64,000 bases of DNA from a virus: IMG/VR virus record IMGVR_UViG_3300028786_000006, positions 98,342-162,341 of that record; one strand, written 5' to 3'. The translations under genes and the position numbers were made by a program. Shown one piece after another: positions 9,778 to 19,838 of the stretch. A model generated the notes under the pieces. That model did not search any database and was not told where the DNA came from. It worked only from the letters and a program-made list of their open reading frames with translations. Position 1 is the first letter of the stretch, and each line of letters begins with the position of its first letter.

Positions 9778-9869
9778 GAGCTCATCGAAGGCGTTACCGA
9801 CGAGGCAAACCCCTGCGATGGTAACACCCTAAATCATGGAGACCAATAGCTCATTGAGAGGCTTAGATT

Positions 9870-10547
9870 ATGAAGATCCTTCAGCATTCCGAAAAGAAAC
9901 TGATGATTCTCATCAACGATGGAATCACCCAGTCCCAGCTGCGCGCCCAGGCCGTTGACCTTGGTGCGCCGGTAGGGAAACAGAAACTGTCCAACCTGTT
10001 GGGTGGTCGTGTTGGTGAAGCCGATGGCTGGTCCCTGGCCCTGGCCAAACTGGACGTGGCCCCACAGCCGGCCCCACCTGCCAAGACCAAGCCAAACGCG
10101 GTGAATCCGTCTGGTACAGGCCATCCGAAACCGGAAAAGCCTTTCGCCAAGACCACTCCGGCCGGCGCGAAGCAAGACCTGAAGCTGGCGAAGACTGTCG
10201 TTTTAGGTGGGCAACAAATGCCTGAATACGACAAGGACGACACTGTTAAGGTTCTCCTGGCCATTAAAGGGTATGATATCACCCCCAAGATTGCGGCGTC
10301 TGAGACGTACGTGACCTTCCGGTTGGATACTGCCCGTGTTCAGGCGACAGTTGGTATTCGCGGCGTAACGCTGATGATCTTCCCTCTCAAGGGTCTGGAC
10401 CTGAAGCACATCGACGCGGCTGAAACCGGCTGGGAAGTAAAGGCGCAATATATCAAGGTTGGTGTATTCGCCCCAGAGCAGGTTGCCTCGCAGCTTGCGT
10501 ATATCAAGACTGAAGTAGAGCGGGCATCCGCTCAGACTGCAGCCTGA
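9870..10547 (+). CDS. Two-domain protein, putative DNA-binding (paralog 1)
   Basis: HTH/NUMOD1-like LSNLLGGRV...GW; C-terminal domain nearly collinear with 10782-11501. Confidence 0.6.
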   Translation: MKILQHSEKKLMILINDGITQSQLRAQAVDLGAPVGKQKLSNLLGGRVGEADGWSLALAKLDVAPQPAPPAKTKPNAVNPSGTGHPKPEKPFAKTTPAGAKQDLKLAKTVVLGGQQMPEYDKDDTVKVLLAIKGYDITPKIAASETYVTFRLDTARVQATVGIRGVTLMIFPLKGLDLKHIDAAETGWEVKAQYIKVGVFAPEQVASQLAYIKTEVERASAQTAA

Positions 10548-10563
10548 GAGTAACATTTACACC

Positions 10564-10598
10564 AAAAGGGCCGAACCGATGAGTTGCGGCCCTTTTTT
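10564..10598 (+). terminator. Intrinsic terminator
   Basis: AAAAGGGCCG...CGGCCCTTTTTT. Confidence 0.8.
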
Positions 10599-10683
10599 AT
10601 TGTCTCAACGTGGTTCGAAGTATCGGGTTAGAGACCTCGGTTCAAGAATAATAAAAAAGATTCAAAAAAGTTGAATAAAGGGG

Positions 10684-10711
10684 TTGCCTGCCTTGATTAA
10701 TCGGGTATAAT
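10684..10711 (+). promoter_or_regulatory. sigma70-type promoter
   Basis: GGGG-TTGCCT-16-TATAAT with an AT-rich UP region. Confidence 0.75.
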
Positions 10712-10781
10712 GGCAACCATCGAAAGGCAAACGCCAATCGAAACAAACAGCCCCACCCCTTATAGAAGCCAAGGATTTATC

Positions 10782-11501
10782 ATGACCAACTCCAAACTCG
10801 TACATGCTGACCAAAACCTCGTTATCGAATTCAACGAGACTGTTACACAGTCGGAACTGCGCGCCAAGAGCATCGAGTTGGGCGCTCCGATTGGTAAGAC
10901 CAGCCTCAGCAACCTGCTGAACGGTAAAGTGGAACAAACCGGCGGCTGGTCCCTGGTTGCCGCTGTGGCCGCTAAAGAAGGTCACGCTGACACCGCCAAA
11001 ACCACGCCAGATGCCCCTTCGGCCCCGATCAACGATGCCCCGGCGCTTACCCTGGTGGTTACCCCGACCGTCGCTCCTGTCGTCGAAGAAGCCCCGGTCG
11101 TTGTCACCGCCCCTGTAGCGGCACCTGCGCCGGCTGCAGCCGCCCCGGTGGTTCAACCAAAGCCAGCCGCAGCCGCCAAGGCCTCCGCTGTTCGCTTTGA
11201 GAAAGACGCTTCCATCAAAGCCCTCATGGAACTGAACTCCTACGAGCCGGTGTTGAAAGAAGCCCCGACCGAGACCTACGTCACCCTCAAACTGGCCAAG
11301 GCCCGCATCCAGGCAACCATCGGTGTCCGTGGTGTCACCCTGATGCTCTTCCCGCTCAAAGGTCTGGTGCTTCAAGAGATCGACGCCGTCGCTACCGGTT
11401 GGAACGTCAAATCCCAGTACGCCAAGGTCGGTGTGTTCGCCCCAGAAGCTGTGGCAGCACAACTGGTCGTCATCGAAGAAGTCATCGCCAAGTTGGTCTA
11501 A
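10782..11501 (+). CDS. Two-domain protein, putative DNA-binding (paralog 2)
   Basis: AAGGA SD before 10782; Ala/Pro linker; ETYVT...RIQATIGVRGVTLMLFPLKGL shared with paralog 1. Confidence 0.65.
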   Translation: MTNSKLVHADQNLVIEFNETVTQSELRAKSIELGAPIGKTSLSNLLNGKVEQTGGWSLVAAVAAKEGHADTAKTTPDAPSAPINDAPALTLVVTPTVAPVVEEAPVVVTAPVAAPAPAAAAPVVQPKPAAAAKASAVRFEKDASIKALMELNSYEPVLKEAPTETYVTLKLAKARIQATIGVRGVTLMLFPLKGLVLQEIDAVATGWNVKSQYAKVGVFAPEAVAAQLVVIEEVIAKLV

Positions 11502-11560
11502 GTGGTCACCGCATAGGGGCTGGGGGCAACCTCAGCCCCTTCGTGCGTTTAGGAGAATAG

Positions 11561-12607
11561 ATGTCCGTATACCTTGACAGAATGTTCATTGATCGGATGG
11601 CCTTCACCCTCCTCCGTTTCAAGTGGATCAAGCCCAACGTAGCACGCTGCCGTTGCCCGTTCTGTGGTGACAGTAGGACCAGCACCATCAAGGCCCGTGG
11701 TTACTTCTTTCTTTCCGACACGGGTGACGGATACACCTTCAGCTGCAAGAACTGCGGCGTCGGTCGTAACGTGTACAGCTTCCTGGAAGAGCAAGACCAA
11801 CTGCTCTGGAAGGAATACATCCTCGAGCGCCTACGTGAACGAGGCGGCGGCATTACACAGCCCCGCCAGCAGGTAGCGGCCAGACCCGAAAACGGGTTCA
11901 TGGCCAAGCTCGTGGAAGCCACCATGGCCTACGTGGATCCCCTGGAAGGCCTCCCTCGCTTGTCCTCTCTGCCCGACGACCACCCGGCCGTGCGGTATAT
12001 GGTAGACGAGCGCAAGTTCCATCCAGCCATGCTGGAGCGCCTCTTCTACGCCGCTGATTTCAACCTAGTGGCCAGGGTGGTCGACAAGACCCTGGAAGAG
12101 ACCCAGGTGCCTCACGACAAGCGCATCATCATCCCCTTCTACTTCCCTGATGGCAAGCTGAAATGCATCCAGGGCCGGGCGCTTGACCCCAAGGCCATGC
12201 GATACATCACTGTCAAAACTGCAGACGAGGTAGACAAGATCTTCGGCCTGGAGCGAATCGATGACACCCGCGTGAAGCTGGTGTTCGAAGGGCCGTTCGA
12301 CAGCATGTTCTTCCCCAACGCGGTAGCCACCTGTGACAGCTCACTGACCAAGTACACGGCTGACAACGTCATCTATGTCTGGGACAATCAGCCTCGCAAC
12401 AAGGAGGTGATGAACAACATCGCCAAGGCTGTGGCTGCTGGGTTCAGAGTGTGTATCTGGGCCGACAACTGCCCTTTCATCGGCAAAGACGCCAATGAGA
12501 TGATCAAAAACGGCGCAACCCCGCGTGAGATACTTGCCTGGATCGCAGGCCACACGTATAATGGCCTGAGAGCCAACCTTGAACTAAGCAAGTGGCGTAA
12601 GGTTTAA
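11561..12607 (+). CDS. 61: DNA primase (gp61-like)
   Basis: RCPFCGDS...CKNCG Zn finger, RIIIPF, QGRAL, EGPFDSMF, WDNQPRN, KDANEM TOPRIM motifs. Confidence 0.95.
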   Translation: MSVYLDRMFIDRMAFTLLRFKWIKPNVARCRCPFCGDSRTSTIKARGYFFLSDTGDGYTFSCKNCGVGRNVYSFLEEQDQLLWKEYILERLRERGGGITQPRQQVAARPENGFMAKLVEATMAYVDPLEGLPRLSSLPDDHPAVRYMVDERKFHPAMLERLFYAADFNLVARVVDKTLEETQVPHDKRIIIPFYFPDGKLKCIQGRALDPKAMRYITVKTADEVDKIFGLERIDDTRVKLVFEGPFDSMFFPNAVATCDSSLTKYTADNVIYVWDNQPRNKEVMNNIAKAVAAGFRVCIWADNCPFIGKDANEMIKNGATPREILAWIAGHTYNGLRANLELSKWRKV

Positions 12608-12623
12608 TTGATGGAACTTCGAT

Positions 12624-12875
12624 ATGAAAATGCTCAGCATTATTGACCCGACATCCAAAACCAATTTTCATGGTTTCATGATCCCTGTACTTCCGGACGA
12701 TGAGTTCCTGGCAGCGGACCCTGACGGCGTGGTGTATGCCTACATCGGCGAGCCACCACAGCAGCGGGTCCATTACTGGGACGGCGCCCGCGCCCGCCGG
12801 GTTGGCATTGTTGACCTTGATGGTTTCGACTGGCGCCAGACGCTCGTTGAAGTTGACCCTGTAATTGGAGCTTAA
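12624..12875 (+). CDS. Hypothetical phage protein
   Basis: FLAADPDG.VYAY...P...W...DWRQTL pattern common in phage small proteins. Confidence 0.6.
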   Translation: MKMLSIIDPTSKTNFHGFMIPVLPDDEFLAADPDGVVYAYIGEPPQQRVHYWDGARARRVGIVDLDGFDWRQTLVEVDPVIGA

Positions 12876-12877
12876 TC

Positions 12878-13144
12878 ATGGCCTTAGCAGCTACTGTATT
12901 CTTCATGTTGATCCAAACATCGAGCGAACCTGGCGTGGCGTTCAATAACACCAGTGCGATGCCGGCTGCTCATACCTTTCAAATCACCCGCGTTGATGGG
13001 TTTGGAAGTTTGGACGGCTGTAACATCGTAGCCCAGGAAGTTGTAAAGAATCAGATGGTTTCGACCAAGGCGGTAACCCGCTATACCAAGGCGGATTGCT
13101 ACCCATTTATTGAACTTCAGGAGCCGGCTAATGGCGAAGAGTAA
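12878..13144 (+). CDS. Hypothetical protein, possible secreted/membrane
   Basis: GGAG SD; hydrophobic N-terminus. Confidence 0.5.
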   Translation: MALAATVFFMLIQTSSEPGVAFNNTSAMPAAHTFQITRVDGFGSLDGCNIVAQEVVKNQMVSTKAVTRYTKADCYPFIELQEPANGEE

Positions 13145-13565
13145 AAGGGTTGTCATCGAAGTCGGTGACATGATCGTATACGCCAACAACCACCGCGATC
13201 TGGTCCAGGGCCTTCCAAAGATCAATGGCAGGCCGGGTTTGCTCGTCCAGCCGTTGGACTCCCAGATCATGTTGGCGTCTGACCAATTCAAAGACCTCGA
13301 GTGGGTCCAGAAGTTCGTCGAAGTTGGGGTGTTCAATATCGTCAAGGGTATGCCCGGCGTCAACCCGATCACCGGTGAGCTCAATTCTGAGCATATCAAA
13401 CTGAGCATCTTCGAAATGGCTCGTGTAGAAGCCAGCGCGCTACTCGACGCGGCCAAGGGTAAGCACGGCACCGAAGACCTGAAGATGTTCCGTGATGAAT
13501 GGGAACTCGAACGCCGTCTGGGTTCGATTGTCGGCACTTTACGACGTCAGGTTTCGGGGCTATAA
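13131..13565 (+). CDS. Hypothetical protein
   Basis: AGGAG SD upstream of the ATG at 13131. Confidence 0.6.
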   Translation: MAKSKRVVIEVGDMIVYANNHRDLVQGLPKINGRPGLLVQPLDSQIMLASDQFKDLEWVQKFVEVGVFNIVKGMPGVNPITGELNSEHIKLSIFEMARVEASALLDAAKGKHGTEDLKMFRDEWELERRLGSIVGTLRRQVSGL

Positions 13566-13567
13566 TC

Positions 13568-13768
13568 ATGTCCAGTACTGAACAGCTATTCATGTGGGGC
13601 TACTGGAAGGAGGACAAGGGGTTAACCCGCGCCCTGGTCGACTACTTCCCCGAAACCCTGGCCAATGATATCCGGCTTCAGCAAGCCCTGGCATCTATCC
13701 GCAACGCTGAGGCCGCAATCGACCAAAGAATGTCTGAGCTTGCTGAGCTGGAACCAGACGAAGAATGA
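13568..13768 (+). CDS. Hypothetical protein
   Basis: Tightly packed ORF. Confidence 0.5.
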   Translation: MSSTEQLFMWGYWKEDKGLTRALVDYFPETLANDIRLQQALASIRNAEAAIDQRMSELAELEPDEE

Positions 13769-13781
13769 AGGAACTTTCATT

Positions 13782-14207
13782 ATGAAGGCAATGGCAACGC
13801 ATCAACCCACGGGCCAGGCCCTGGCCCTACGCGAAATGATCGACCCTGAGCAGGCTATGTACGGCCGCATGCAGCCGGCGGTCAACGCGTTGTGCCGGGA
13901 ACTGGAAGCCCATCCTGAAGACTGGCACTTTGCTACCTTCGTGTTCTACCACAAGAAAGTCCCGGTAAATTACTGGTATGAGGGTAGCGAACCAGTGATC
14001 AACACGTGGGATGGTCACAGCCGCACCCAGGTGTTCAGCGTAGCCCAGGGGAACCAGATTCGCCGGTCCGTCGAGGCTGCCCTCAAGGCCCTCAATGGGA
14101 AGATCGACGCTGTGATGAACGACACGTACGACCACACAGACGAAGATGTCGACAACCGGCCCTGGTATAAGCGCTGGTGGCATGCCTTCAGGGTTGCCGT
14201 TTGGTGA
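13782..14207 (+). CDS. Hypothetical protein
   Basis: AAGGA SD; RPWYKRWW amphipathic C-terminus. Confidence 0.55.
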   Translation: MKAMATHQPTGQALALREMIDPEQAMYGRMQPAVNALCRELEAHPEDWHFATFVFYHKKVPVNYWYEGSEPVINTWDGHSRTQVFSVAQGNQIRRSVEAALKALNGKIDAVMNDTYDHTDEDVDNRPWYKRWWHAFRVAVW

Positions 14208-14263
14208 CCGAGGCGGCTCCGATTGCTATGTAGTAACACTATTATGCGATCGGAGCAGTCCCC

Positions 14264-15523
14264 GTGTCCAACGCCAAGCCAAGTCTTGTTGAACGCGATA
14301 CCTCGATGTATGCTGAATTCCTCCAGACCCAGGACATTGCGGAAGTTGCCAAACTTCACAGTGTCAGCGAGTCGACCGTCCGCCGCGCATTGAAGCGAGC
14401 CCGCGAAATACTGGAAGTCCACGCCGATGGGGAGCTCGTTGATGAGAACCTCCGCCTGGGCGCCAGCAAGCAATACCTGCAAGACCGCAACCGCATCGAG
14501 CGGAAATCCTGGCGTGAACACATTCGCATTCAGAATGCAATCGAAGGCCTGAGCCATAACCTCGAGGCCGCCCTGATCGGTTTCGAATTCCAGCGCCCGG
14601 TTGACACCCCTGTCCCAGCTGTGGGCTTGCCTACCGACCCGGTGGGCGTCATCCAGTTCAGTGACATTCACATCAATGAGATCATCCGGGGCCTGACAGG
14701 CAACTCGTATGACATCGACATCGCCTCCCGCCGCATTCACAAGCATGTCCACAAGAGCCTGAATATATTCAAAGCCCAGGGCGTGAAGAACGTGTTGGTG
14801 GCTTTCACCGGTGACATTCTGAACAGCGACCGCCGCCTGGACGAGCTCCTCAATGCCGCCGCGCCGCGTGCCAACGCTGTCCTGTTAGCCGTTGACATCT
14901 TCCAGCAGGCCATCCAGGAAGTGGCGAGAGAGCACCGAGTGACCGTTGCCAGCATCACCGGTAACGAATCGCGCCTCGGCGAGCACATCCACTACGACGA
15001 CTTCCTGGCGATGGACTCTTTCGACATTACGATCCACAACATCCTGGCCCGCCTGTTTGCCGGCTATCCAGGTGTTGAGTTCGCGAAGGTCAGCAACCCT
15101 CTCGAGCAAGTGGTGTCCATCAACGGCTTCAACCTGTTGCTGGTTCACGGTCACTGCCATAAAGGCCTGGCCCGCAACCCTGAAAACGAAGTGTCCCACA
15201 TCAAGTCGCGGTATGCTGCACACGGCATGGTGATCGACTACGTCATCTGTGGCCACATCCACTCGGCTTACGTGTCTGACATGTTCAGTCGATCGTCTGG
15301 GTTGCCTGGCTCCAACGCCTACTCCGACCGGGCGCTGAACCTCAACGGTAAGGCCAGCCAGAACTCGTACGTGATCTGGGCAGACAAGTCCATCGATGCG
15401 TACAAGATCGACCTACAGACCTGGGCTGATGTTGAACCATACGCCTACGACAAGGGCCTCGATATGACCGACCGCAACAGCAAGCTGAAGCCGACGGTCC
15501 TCATCAACTCCATCACTATCTGA
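14264..15523 (+). CDS. Calcineurin-like metallophosphoesterase with N-terminal HTH
   Basis: SDIH, TGDIL, GNE, VHGH and GHIH motifs; IAEVAKLHSVSESTVRR HTH. Confidence 0.85.
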   Translation: MSNAKPSLVERDTSMYAEFLQTQDIAEVAKLHSVSESTVRRALKRAREILEVHADGELVDENLRLGASKQYLQDRNRIERKSWREHIRIQNAIEGLSHNLEAALIGFEFQRPVDTPVPAVGLPTDPVGVIQFSDIHINEIIRGLTGNSYDIDIASRRIHKHVHKSLNIFKAQGVKNVLVAFTGDILNSDRRLDELLNAAAPRANAVLLAVDIFQQAIQEVAREHRVTVASITGNESRLGEHIHYDDFLAMDSFDITIHNILARLFAGYPGVEFAKVSNPLEQVVSINGFNLLLVHGHCHKGLARNPENEVSHIKSRYAAHGMVIDYVICGHIHSAYVSDMFSRSSGLPGSNAYSDRALNLNGKASQNSYVIWADKSIDAYKIDLQTWADVEPYAYDKGLDMTDRNSKLKPTVLINSITI

Positions 15524-15526
15524 CCC

Positions 15527-15627
15527 AAAACCCGGTTGCCGCAAGGCGCCGGGTTTTTTATTGTCTGAGGGGTTGTATTGGTTCAAAGTTAGAGTATAAT
15601 GAACACATACCAACCAGTTCACTGAGG
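15527..15627 (+). promoter_or_regulatory. Terminator + early promoter + CACTGAGG leader cassette
   Basis: Hairpin AAAACCCGG..CCGGGTTTTT, then TTTTATTGTCTGAGGGG-TTGTAT-16-TATAAT, with CACTGAGG at 15620. Confidence 0.8.
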
Positions 15628-15636
15628 AACGCAGCC

Positions 15637-15939
15637 ATGACCATGATCACCCTGATCGAATCTGCTAAAGAAGCCGCCAAGACCGTAGCCCCAGGCTACT
15701 CCGACGGCTTCAGCGAAACTCTGAAGGACGGTTCCGTGGTCACCTGCATCGGCGTCCGCAGCTCCAACGCCTTCGAAACCGTGGTCGGTCACATCAAGAC
15801 CACCTGGAAGTTGAACGGCAAGCGCGCCAGCGCCGCTGTTATCGAAACCCTGTATCTGGGCCAGGCCACCGACGAAGAAAAGGCCGAGATCACCAAGCAC
15901 AAAGAAATGCAGAAGTGGCTGGCCAAGTTCGGTCTCTGA
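15637..15939 (+). CDS. Hypothetical early protein
   Basis: Has its own promoter cassette and strong codon bias. Confidence 0.7.
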   Translation: MTMITLIESAKEAAKTVAPGYSDGFSETLKDGSVVTCIGVRSSNAFETVVGHIKTTWKLNGKRASAAVIETLYLGQATDEEKAEITKHKEMQKWLAKFGL

Positions 15940-15948
15940 GATAAAATA

Positions 15949-15992
15949 TTTTGAACCAGCCACTTGCGCTGGTTCAAAAACCTGAGTATAAT
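15949..15992 (+). promoter_or_regulatory. Early promoter with palindromic TTGAAC/GTTCAA operator over the -35
   Basis: TTTTGAACCAGC-CACTTGC-GCTGGTTCAAAA inverted repeat; TTGCGC-17-TATAAT. Confidence 0.8.
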
Positions 15993-16036
15993 GGTCTGAC
16001 TGGCCCACTAAGGGGTCAGCTAAACGGAGATACATC

Positions 16037-16300
16037 ATGCAAAACGACCTCGCTGTGTTCATTGCAGAAAACGCTGGCGACTTCAACGTTGACGTCCGCC
16101 TGTATTCCAACTACTCCGGTCGGGGTATGATGGGCGAAACTACCACCGGCCTGGTTGTCCCAAGCCCGATGGTGTTCGCCACCTTGTTGCTGCAAATGAA
16201 CGAGGCGATCCACGAAGCTGTGGAAAGTGGGGAAATCGGCCTGTATGTGATACAAACGCTGCGGTCTGACAACCTCGGCCACGACACCATCATTTACTGA
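16037..16300 (+). CDS. Hypothetical phage protein (YSGRGM family)
   Basis: YSGRGMMG motif; GGAG SD. Confidence 0.7.
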   Translation: MQNDLAVFIAENAGDFNVDVRLYSNYSGRGMMGETTTGLVVPSPMVFATLLLQMNEAIHEAVESGEIGLYVIQTLRSDNLGHDTIIY

Positions 16301-16434
16301 TGGCCCCGGCCCCGGTAAACTACCGGGGCCACCTCCCCTTCTTCCCCTGAACTTTATTTTGGTTCGGGGCTTGCGTTATGTTGAATGCTGGTCTATACTC
16401 CCTTCATGTTCACACAACAACGGAATTCTTTATC

Positions 16435-16821
16435 ATGGCAACTAAGCGTAAATTCAAGGTCACCATCACCGTTCGCAAGAAAGGGTCTAGTGATGCGTAC
16501 GTCGTCCGCATCCGCACGGTGGAAGCCCTGAATGCGCTGGAAGCCGAATATCTGGTGACCAAGGCGATGCGCCGAACGGGCTTTGACGTCGGCATCGTCC
16601 TGGAAATCAACTCCGGGCTGTTCAGGTTCAGTTGCATGCTTCGTCCGAAGGGGAACGTCGACGATAAGTTCGTTGAATTCAGCGCCCCCGTCAAAGCGGT
16701 CGACATGATGGCAGTGCCAAAGGCCGCCCGGGACATGATGGAAGGTAAAGGCTACGAAGTTGGAGCTATATTCAACATTTATGACAACGGAGATGCCAAG
16801 CGCGGCTTCTCGAAGGAGTGA
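16435..16821 (+). CDS. Hypothetical protein with two internal repeats
   Basis: Promoter TTGCGT-17-TATACT; halves VEALNALEA..GFDVG and VKAVDMMA..GYEVG are similar. Confidence 0.65.
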   Translation: MATKRKFKVTITVRKKGSSDAYVVRIRTVEALNALEAEYLVTKAMRRTGFDVGIVLEINSGLFRFSCMLRPKGNVDDKFVEFSAPVKAVDMMAVPKAARDMMEGKGYEVGAIFNIYDNGDAKRGFSKE

Positions 16822-16824
16822 TCC

Positions 16825-16956
16825 ATGAACGAGTTAGACAGCACACTATTCATATTTCTTCTGGGATGCGCCGCGTTCCTGTTCGCCATATTTGGCGTGG
16901 GTTTGTGGGCACTGAAGAAGTTCCTCAGGATGGTGGGGAGAGCATTCCGGAGCTGA
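16825..16956 (+). CDS. Small membrane protein (43 aa)
   Basis: AAGGAG SD; MNELDSTLFIFLLGCAAFLFAIFGVGLWALKK. Confidence 0.55.
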   Translation: MNELDSTLFIFLLGCAAFLFAIFGVGLWALKKFLRMVGRAFRS

Positions 16957-17011
16957 GGCTCCGGTTTTGCGTTAAGTATGGTCACATCCTCATTCACGCA
17001 TCGAGATCAGC

Positions 17012-18646
17012 ATGACAGACCTCTCCAAACGACTTGATGAGTCGTTCGACACCGAGCCATACCCGACCCACCTGGTGCGGAAGGATGGCTCCTTCAACTA
17101 CGAATTCACCGCAGACAGCGGCGAGGTCTACCGCGTTCAGTTTTACCCGTCCAATGGGTTGGGAACCAACGTACGCCGGGTGTACCTGGGGCACAAGAAG
17201 GGCTCCATCTTCAAAGATGTGATGACCAAGTTCCAAGACCCGATGCGCATCATTTCGACCATGCTGGCATCGTTCGCTGAATTCCAGGCGACGCCACTGG
17301 GCAAGGCCACCGATGGTTTCGTGATTGATGCCACCGCCAAGGCGTTCGGCCCCACCATCCGTCTGTTGAAGCGCCTGGCCGCCCGCAACCCGGCGATCAG
17401 GGCCAAATTCAACATCCTGGATACCACTTACACCTGGGATACCGCCCGTTCGCCGATCTGGATCTACCGTAAGGGCACTGACCCTATGGAAGTATTCAAT
17501 GGCAAGAATGTCGACACCCCGATGTTGGTTGATAGCAAGGCCAAGCCGACGCAACCACGCATCTCCCCTGTGGCGCCGACTGCCCCGGCCCCGGCCCCTT
17601 CTCCGACGGCGGCACCAACAAGCGCCCCGGCCAACACTCTCGGTCACGTAGAGCTCACTTCTCCGATTGGTAATCTCGTCGTCCTTCCCGAAGGGAAAGG
17701 CGTGAAGATCGTTAAGGTCAGCTCTGGCACAACCATTGCGGTGGCAGACAACGCAGGGTCCGCGGAGAAGATTATCGACGCGTTGTTCAATGTTATCGAC
17801 CTCGGTAGCGGGGTGATTTCATATGGCAACAAGGTATTATGGTCTAAGACCAAAGACAATTACTATCAGATCATTGCAGGCATCGGCACCTACCGGGTTC
17901 TTATGAACGGTAGGGTGGACATCGGCGAGCGGGAGAGCGTTGGTAGCGCCATCGCCATGATCAGGAAAATCATGGGCGTCGACTCACAGGAACAGAAAAC
18001 GCTCCGCCAGCTCAGAACCATCCTCATGAAGACGGATGACTCGTTGATTGTCACTGCGAAGGTTGGTGCCCGGACGATCGTCGGCTCCCCTGACGAGGTT
18101 AGACATACACTGTCTGACATGAACGACCAGGACGCCCTGGGGCGTATCGTTTCAACTAGACTCGCCCCCGCCCCCAAGCCAACTATCAAGGCCTCCGTTC
18201 CAAAGACCGCAGCGGTTGCTCCTAAAGCTGCCCCTCCGGTGGCGGGGCCAGTGCCCAATGTGGCCCCGAAACCTACCCCTTTGGAGTCACTCACTACCCT
18301 CCAGGCCAAGTGGAAGGAGCGCTACGACGGTGTGAATTATGGTCAGATTTACATTCAGGTGAACGGCGTCTACAATGACAACCAGTTCAGTGTAAGCTGG
18401 GATATCACCGAGCGCCGGACAACCCCTCGTGAGATCTACACCCAGAACAAGTATGACATCGGCTCAGCCAACAGTGTTATCACCCAGCTGGAAGGTATTG
18501 CCCGCACCATGGGCTTCGATACCCAAGCGGCGTACTGTACCTTCGATACTATCGTGGACGATGAGCGCCGGATCGAGTCGAACGGCGACAGCCTCTACAG
18601 TGAATATGAACAGTCGATCGGTGGCCACCTCGACGTGAAACTGTAA
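17012..18646 (+). CDS. Putative virion/internal head protein
   Basis: N-terminal RLDE|SF resembles a gp21 cleavage site; Pro/Ala linkers; late-promoter-like TTAAGTA upstream. Confidence 0.45.
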   Translation: MTDLSKRLDESFDTEPYPTHLVRKDGSFNYEFTADSGEVYRVQFYPSNGLGTNVRRVYLGHKKGSIFKDVMTKFQDPMRIISTMLASFAEFQATPLGKATDGFVIDATAKAFGPTIRLLKRLAARNPAIRAKFNILDTTYTWDTARSPIWIYRKGTDPMEVFNGKNVDTPMLVDSKAKPTQPRISPVAPTAPAPAPSPTAAPTSAPANTLGHVELTSPIGNLVVLPEGKGVKIVKVSSGTTIAVADNAGSAEKIIDALFNVIDLGSGVISYGNKVLWSKTKDNYYQIIAGIGTYRVLMNGRVDIGERESVGSAIAMIRKIMGVDSQEQKTLRQLRTILMKTDDSLIVTAKVGARTIVGSPDEVRHTLSDMNDQDALGRIVSTRLAPAPKPTIKASVPKTAAVAPKAAPPVAGPVPNVAPKPTPLESLTTLQAKWKERYDGVNYGQIYIQVNGVYNDNQFSVSWDITERRTTPREIYTQNKYDIGSANSVITQLEGIARTMGFDTQAAYCTFDTIVDDERRIESNGDSLYSEYEQSIGGHLDVKL

Positions 18647-18660
18647 CACTACGTTACACC

Positions 18661-18762
18661 AAAAGACGCACCGGGCAACCGGGGCGTCTTTTTATTGTCT
18701 GAGGGGTTTACAAGTTCAAGAAACCAAGTATACTGAGCTCACTGAAACACAAACCACTGAGG
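18661..18762 (+). promoter_or_regulatory. Terminator + early promoter + CACTGAGG leader cassette
   Basis: AAAAGACGC..GCGTCTTTT, TTATTGTCTGAGGGG-TTTACA-16-TATACT-GAGCTCA, CACTGAGG at 18755. Confidence 0.8.
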
Positions 18763-18770
18763 GTTTAACC

Positions 18771-19169
18771 ATGAAACACCAACACACCATCACCGCAGAA
18801 TACCCAGCTTACGACGTCCTGACCCGCGCTGAAGTCGATGGCGTCCTCTGGATCTCGGTTGACGACAAGCTTTGCTTGGTCGGTGACCACATGCGTCACT
18901 ACCAGGCTGGCAGCGTGGTGCGCTACGCCCAGCAGTACGACGAGTGCCCAATCAAGGCCGTCAAGCGTGCCACCGATAACGGCCACGACCTGCACTGGAT
19001 CAACCAGCTGTCCGCTTCGATCACCAGCCACCAGCGCCCTCGTGAAACCTACATCTGCGTCGCCATCGGCCAGACCGTCCGCTTCGAGGGCCTCTACTTC
19101 CTGGTCACCCTCGAGGGCAACAATAACCTGGGCCTGAAGCCTCACAGCCTCCTGAAAGAACACAACTAA
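18771..19169 (+). CDS. Hypothetical early protein
   Basis: Cassette-driven, with phage codon usage. Confidence 0.7.
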   Translation: MKHQHTITAEYPAYDVLTRAEVDGVLWISVDDKLCLVGDHMRHYQAGSVVRYAQQYDECPIKAVKRATDNGHDLHWINQLSASITSHQRPRETYICVAIGQTVRFEGLYFLVTLEGNNNLGLKPHSLLKEHN

Positions 19170-19212
19170 ACTGAACCAGGCCCCTCCGGGGGCCGCCCCT
19201 TGGAGATACATC

Positions 19213-19497
19213 ATGCTGAAGTTTTTGCTTGGGTTGTTCGCTGGCCTCATTATCGCCCTGAATTTCCCCCAGGCCCCGGCCGCAGCCAACGCGATGGCCC
19301 GTGCCGGTGGGGCCGCCCTCTGTCGCTTTGCCGAGTCTGAGAAGTGCTCCACCATGGTTCTGCGTATGTTCTCGCCGGCTGACGAGATGGTTGGCCTGTC
19401 CCCAGAAGAGATGGTAGCGGCCCCAACAGGAACCCTCAGTCGCATCGTGAGCAACGCAATGCGCCCGGCGCCGGTACGTGGCACCCCGGTGGAATAA
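19213..19497 (+). CDS. Hypothetical secreted/membrane protein
   Basis: GGAG SD; signal-peptide-like N-terminus. Confidence 0.6.
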   Translation: MLKFLLGLFAGLIIALNFPQAPAAANAMARAGGAALCRFAESEKCSTMVLRMFSPADEMVGLSPEEMVAAPTGTLSRIVSNAMRPAPVRGTPVE

Positions 19498-19570
19498 CCG
19501 GTTGAACCCCAAACGCATACCCTGGGCCTTGAGCTTGGGGTATGATGGGCACCTACCAATGGAGGCTGCC

Positions 19571-19813
19571 ATGAAAACTCTGTACAGCATCACCGGCCGG
19601 GAACAGGATGTGCGCATTCTGACTAGCTTAACTGAAGTCCGGGAAGAGGTCGTCGCTTTCAGCGGCACCGGCCCAGAAGCTTGCTGGATCAGTGCTGACC
19701 CGCTGAGTAACCTGAACCAGCGCGACGGCAAACTGAAAATTCGACAGCTGGACGGTTGCGGTGTGTTCGAACACAACATCGTTGTTATCCAGCGCCACGA
19801 CGTCAACATCTAA
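19571..19813 (+). CDS. Hypothetical protein
   Basis: GGAGG SD before the ATG at 19571. Confidence 0.6.
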   Translation: MKTLYSITGREQDVRILTSLTEVREEVVAFSGTGPEACWISADPLSNLNQRDGKLKIRQLDGCGVFEHNIVVIQRHDVNI

Positions 19814-19838
19814 ACAAGCTCTCACTGAGGAGAACACC

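Noticed and set aside
9783-9830. c-di-GMP-I riboswitch (GGCAAACC)
   Set aside because: The GNRA P2 stem and downstream GCAAAG/P3 elements are absent.
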